From a virus: a stretch of DNA of 64,000 nt. The notes below the pieces were generated by a model. The model was not told where the DNA came from and ran no database searches. It worked only from the letters and a program-made list of their open reading frames with translations. Both the position numbers and the translations under genes were made by a program. The stretch lies in IMG/VR virus record IMGVR_UViG_3300035660_000002, positions 32,001 to 96,000 of that record. One strand, written 5' to 3'. Numbering within the stretch: position 1 is the stretch's first letter; each line of letters opens with the position of its first letter. Shown one piece after another: positions 62,133 to 64,000 of the stretch.

Positions 62133-64000
62133 CTATTTTGTCGTTATCGTTCTTGACCCAAGTGTGTCAACCTGGTAATGGACACCTGCGGTCTCTATCA
62201 AACAGTCTCCGGCGTAGTCATCGGAAGCAGCGGCCACACGGTAAAGATTGAACATCAATTGGTCACCTACTAGATAATTAGTTCCCGTTATAGCACCAAA
62301 ATCTGTCCTATAACATCTGTATCTTGTGTCTATCGCGACATCAGGAGAGTCTATCGTGGCAGCTGCCGCTAATGTAACGCCGTCTCTGCACACAACGTAA
62401 GTCAGCCTCCATTGGACATTATCCGTCCCACCCGCAGGAGCAGCAATACCTTGCCAATGAACATGGAAAACTAAGTTGGTCCCCTCAGCATAATCATGTT
62501 GTAATTCAAACCCACCTGAGACGTATTCATCTATGGCAAATGCATAAGTTCCTATCGTGGTATCTGTTCCTATGCTATCTCTGAATGTATCTATTCCAGG
62601 GTAGCTCGACGCTGGTTTCGCTAATACATACCCCGCTATATTTAGATCTTTATAAACAGGGACGTCTAATACGAGCGTCTTCGCAGCTCCACAATCTATC
62701 TGTAAATCTGAAGGAGCGACGAGAGAGGCATCTATCCTGCCTGCCGAACCCGTGTACTGGATTGACATATCACTCCCTGTGCCAAGAGTGACTAACCCGC
62801 CGTCATCGAGGAAGATGTCATTTGCGACGTACAAGTCGTTTGTACACAGTTTACCGTTATAGGTAATGGTGCCAGTTAGGGTCGTGACTGCTCCAGTCAG
62901 CACACAGGCGGTCACGTCTACAACAGATCCGGTGTCCTGTTCTAATAGACCATTCATATTAGTTCCGGCTTCGATAGTACAGCTGTCTAGGTATATCAAT
63001 GCATCCCCACCATAACTGTCTACTGTGTATCTATCGCTACCTGCTCCTGACAGTCCAATCGCATACAGGTCACAATTATACACGTATCCAATAACATCGT
63101 TCGTAGCGCTTGAATCATAGACCTCTACACAGGATACTCCACTTGTTTGACCTGACCCACCAGCTACATATACTCTTGAGTCATATATATTAAGATAGGT
63201 TGCAGTTTCAGCTGAAGCAGCATTACCACACCAAACAGCGTTAGCTCCAGATGTTCCAACAGCAGCTGACATATATATGTAGGAGTCTCTAATGGTGATG
63301 TTTGTATCATAGGAATATATACCATAGTAGGTAGTAGCATCACCAGCACACACCAATGACGCATCGACATGGTTTAATGTAAATGTTCCGACAGTACCGC
63401 CTGTAGAGTTAATGTTGAATAATTTGTTACCACCAGAACCTGCTGTTGTAGTTACACTCATCTCAGAGAGACTGACTGTAGCTCCTGGTGCTGCAATATC
63501 AAACATGTTCTTGCCAGCTGTAGCGCAGGTTACCGTAGTAACTCCAACTCCTTGACCTACTATGTTAATGCCCTTAGCTATATCTATATCATCAGTGATA
63601 GTATACGTCCCGGATGCTAAGATCAGCGTGTCTCCCGCAGTCGCCGCAGCGACATACGCCTCGATGTCGCCACCTATCGGCACGTACGTGATGTTATTAG
63701 CGACTACGAGTGCGTAGGTGCCCTCATCCCAAGCCCAATTACCTGAAGAATCGACTGTCAGGAACCCGAGAGCAGCGGGGAGAGCAGCGGGGAGCGTATA
63801 AGTAATAGATCCGGGTGTTTGCGTCGTAGTATTGAATTGCGTATAATAATCGTTGTCGCCATCTGACCAAAGTTTGAGGCTACCAGGAACGTTCGTAGAG
63901 CCTGCACCGACGTCTTTACCAGTCTCTAACATCGTGTAACTATGTAAAGTCGTGGTGTTCATCGCCACGTATGGAGTGTTAAGAGCTCTGAACTCGAGCT
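62133..64000 (-). CDS. Tail fibre/spike-like protein with right-handed beta-helix (5'-truncated by window edge)
   Basis: Frame stays open beyond the track start to 64000; AATAGDTLILASGTY...IxIVGQG pectin-lyase-like entry motif. Confidence 0.7.
   Translation of the reverse strand, partial: LEFRALNTPYVAMNTTTLHSYTMLETGKDVGAGSTNVPGSLKLWSDGDNDYYTQFNTTTQTPGSITYTLPAALPAALGFLTVDSSGNWAWDEGTYALVVANNITYVPIGGDIEAYVAAATAGDTLILASGTYTITDDIDIAKGINIVGQGVGVTTVTCATAGKNMFDIAAPGATVSLSEMSVTTTAGSGGNKLFNINSTGGTVGTFTLNHVDASLVCAGDATTYYGIYSYDTNITIRDSYIYMSAAVGTSGANAVWCGNAASAETATYLNIYDSRVYVAGGSGQTSGVSCVEVYDSSATNDVIGYVYNCDLYAIGLSGAGSDRYTVDSYGGDALIYLDSCTIEAGTNMNGLLEQDTGSVVDVTACVLTGAVTTLTGTITYNGKLCTNDLYVANDIFLDDGGLVTLGTGSDMSIQYTGSAGRIDASLVAPSDLQIDCGAAKTLVLDVPVYKDLNIAGYVLAKPASSYPGIDTFRDSIGTDTTIGTYAFAIDEYVSGGFELQHDYAEGTNLVFHVHWQGIAAPAGGTDNVQWRLTYVVCRDGVTLAAAATIDSPDVAIDTRYRCYRTDFGAITGTNYLVGDQLMFNLYRVAAASDDYAGDCLIETAGVHYQVDTLGSRTITTK

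Noticed and set aside
100-62791. The many + strand ORFs in the track
   Set aside because: They are antisense shadows of minus-strand genes, without RBS or recognisable motifs.

Overview
A 64-kb segment of a large dsDNA bacteriophage (Caudoviricetes-like). Essentially every real gene is on the minus strand, and the + strand ORFs in the track are antisense shadows. In transcription order (right to left) there are four blocks. (i) Late/structural end, 64000-45485: beta-helix fibre proteins, a six-gene glycan-synthesis cluster, three signal-peptide-bearing proteins including a 1886-aa one, and a lysis-like cassette, closed by an intrinsic terminator. (ii) Early/accessory region, 45240-33190, starting at a sigma70-type promoter: DUF932, SpoVG, an SleB fusion, peptide deformylase and an HTH protein. 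It also holds a TIGR-Tas-type RNA-guided locus: a nuclease-less Nop-domain protein (37962-38918) followed by an 18-unit, exactly 36-nt-periodic dual-repeat/dual-spacer array (37292-37948), followed by a catalytically gutted ComM/YifB homologue. (iii) A putative sigma-like gene behind a structured leader. (iv) A replication/recombination module: DnaC-like loader, DnaB-like helicase, RNase HI, two ParB-MTases, primase, UvsW, a DnaN-like clamp and a gp45-like clamp, GroES, clamp loader, UDG-fused family A polymerase, UvsY/SSB/RecA, and a fused Mre11-Rad50 running off the left edge. Eight free-standing HNH endonuclease genes (two inactivated) and two tRNA-like elements with aberrant anticodon arms are interspersed. 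All calls come from motif recognition by eye; no database searches were run.
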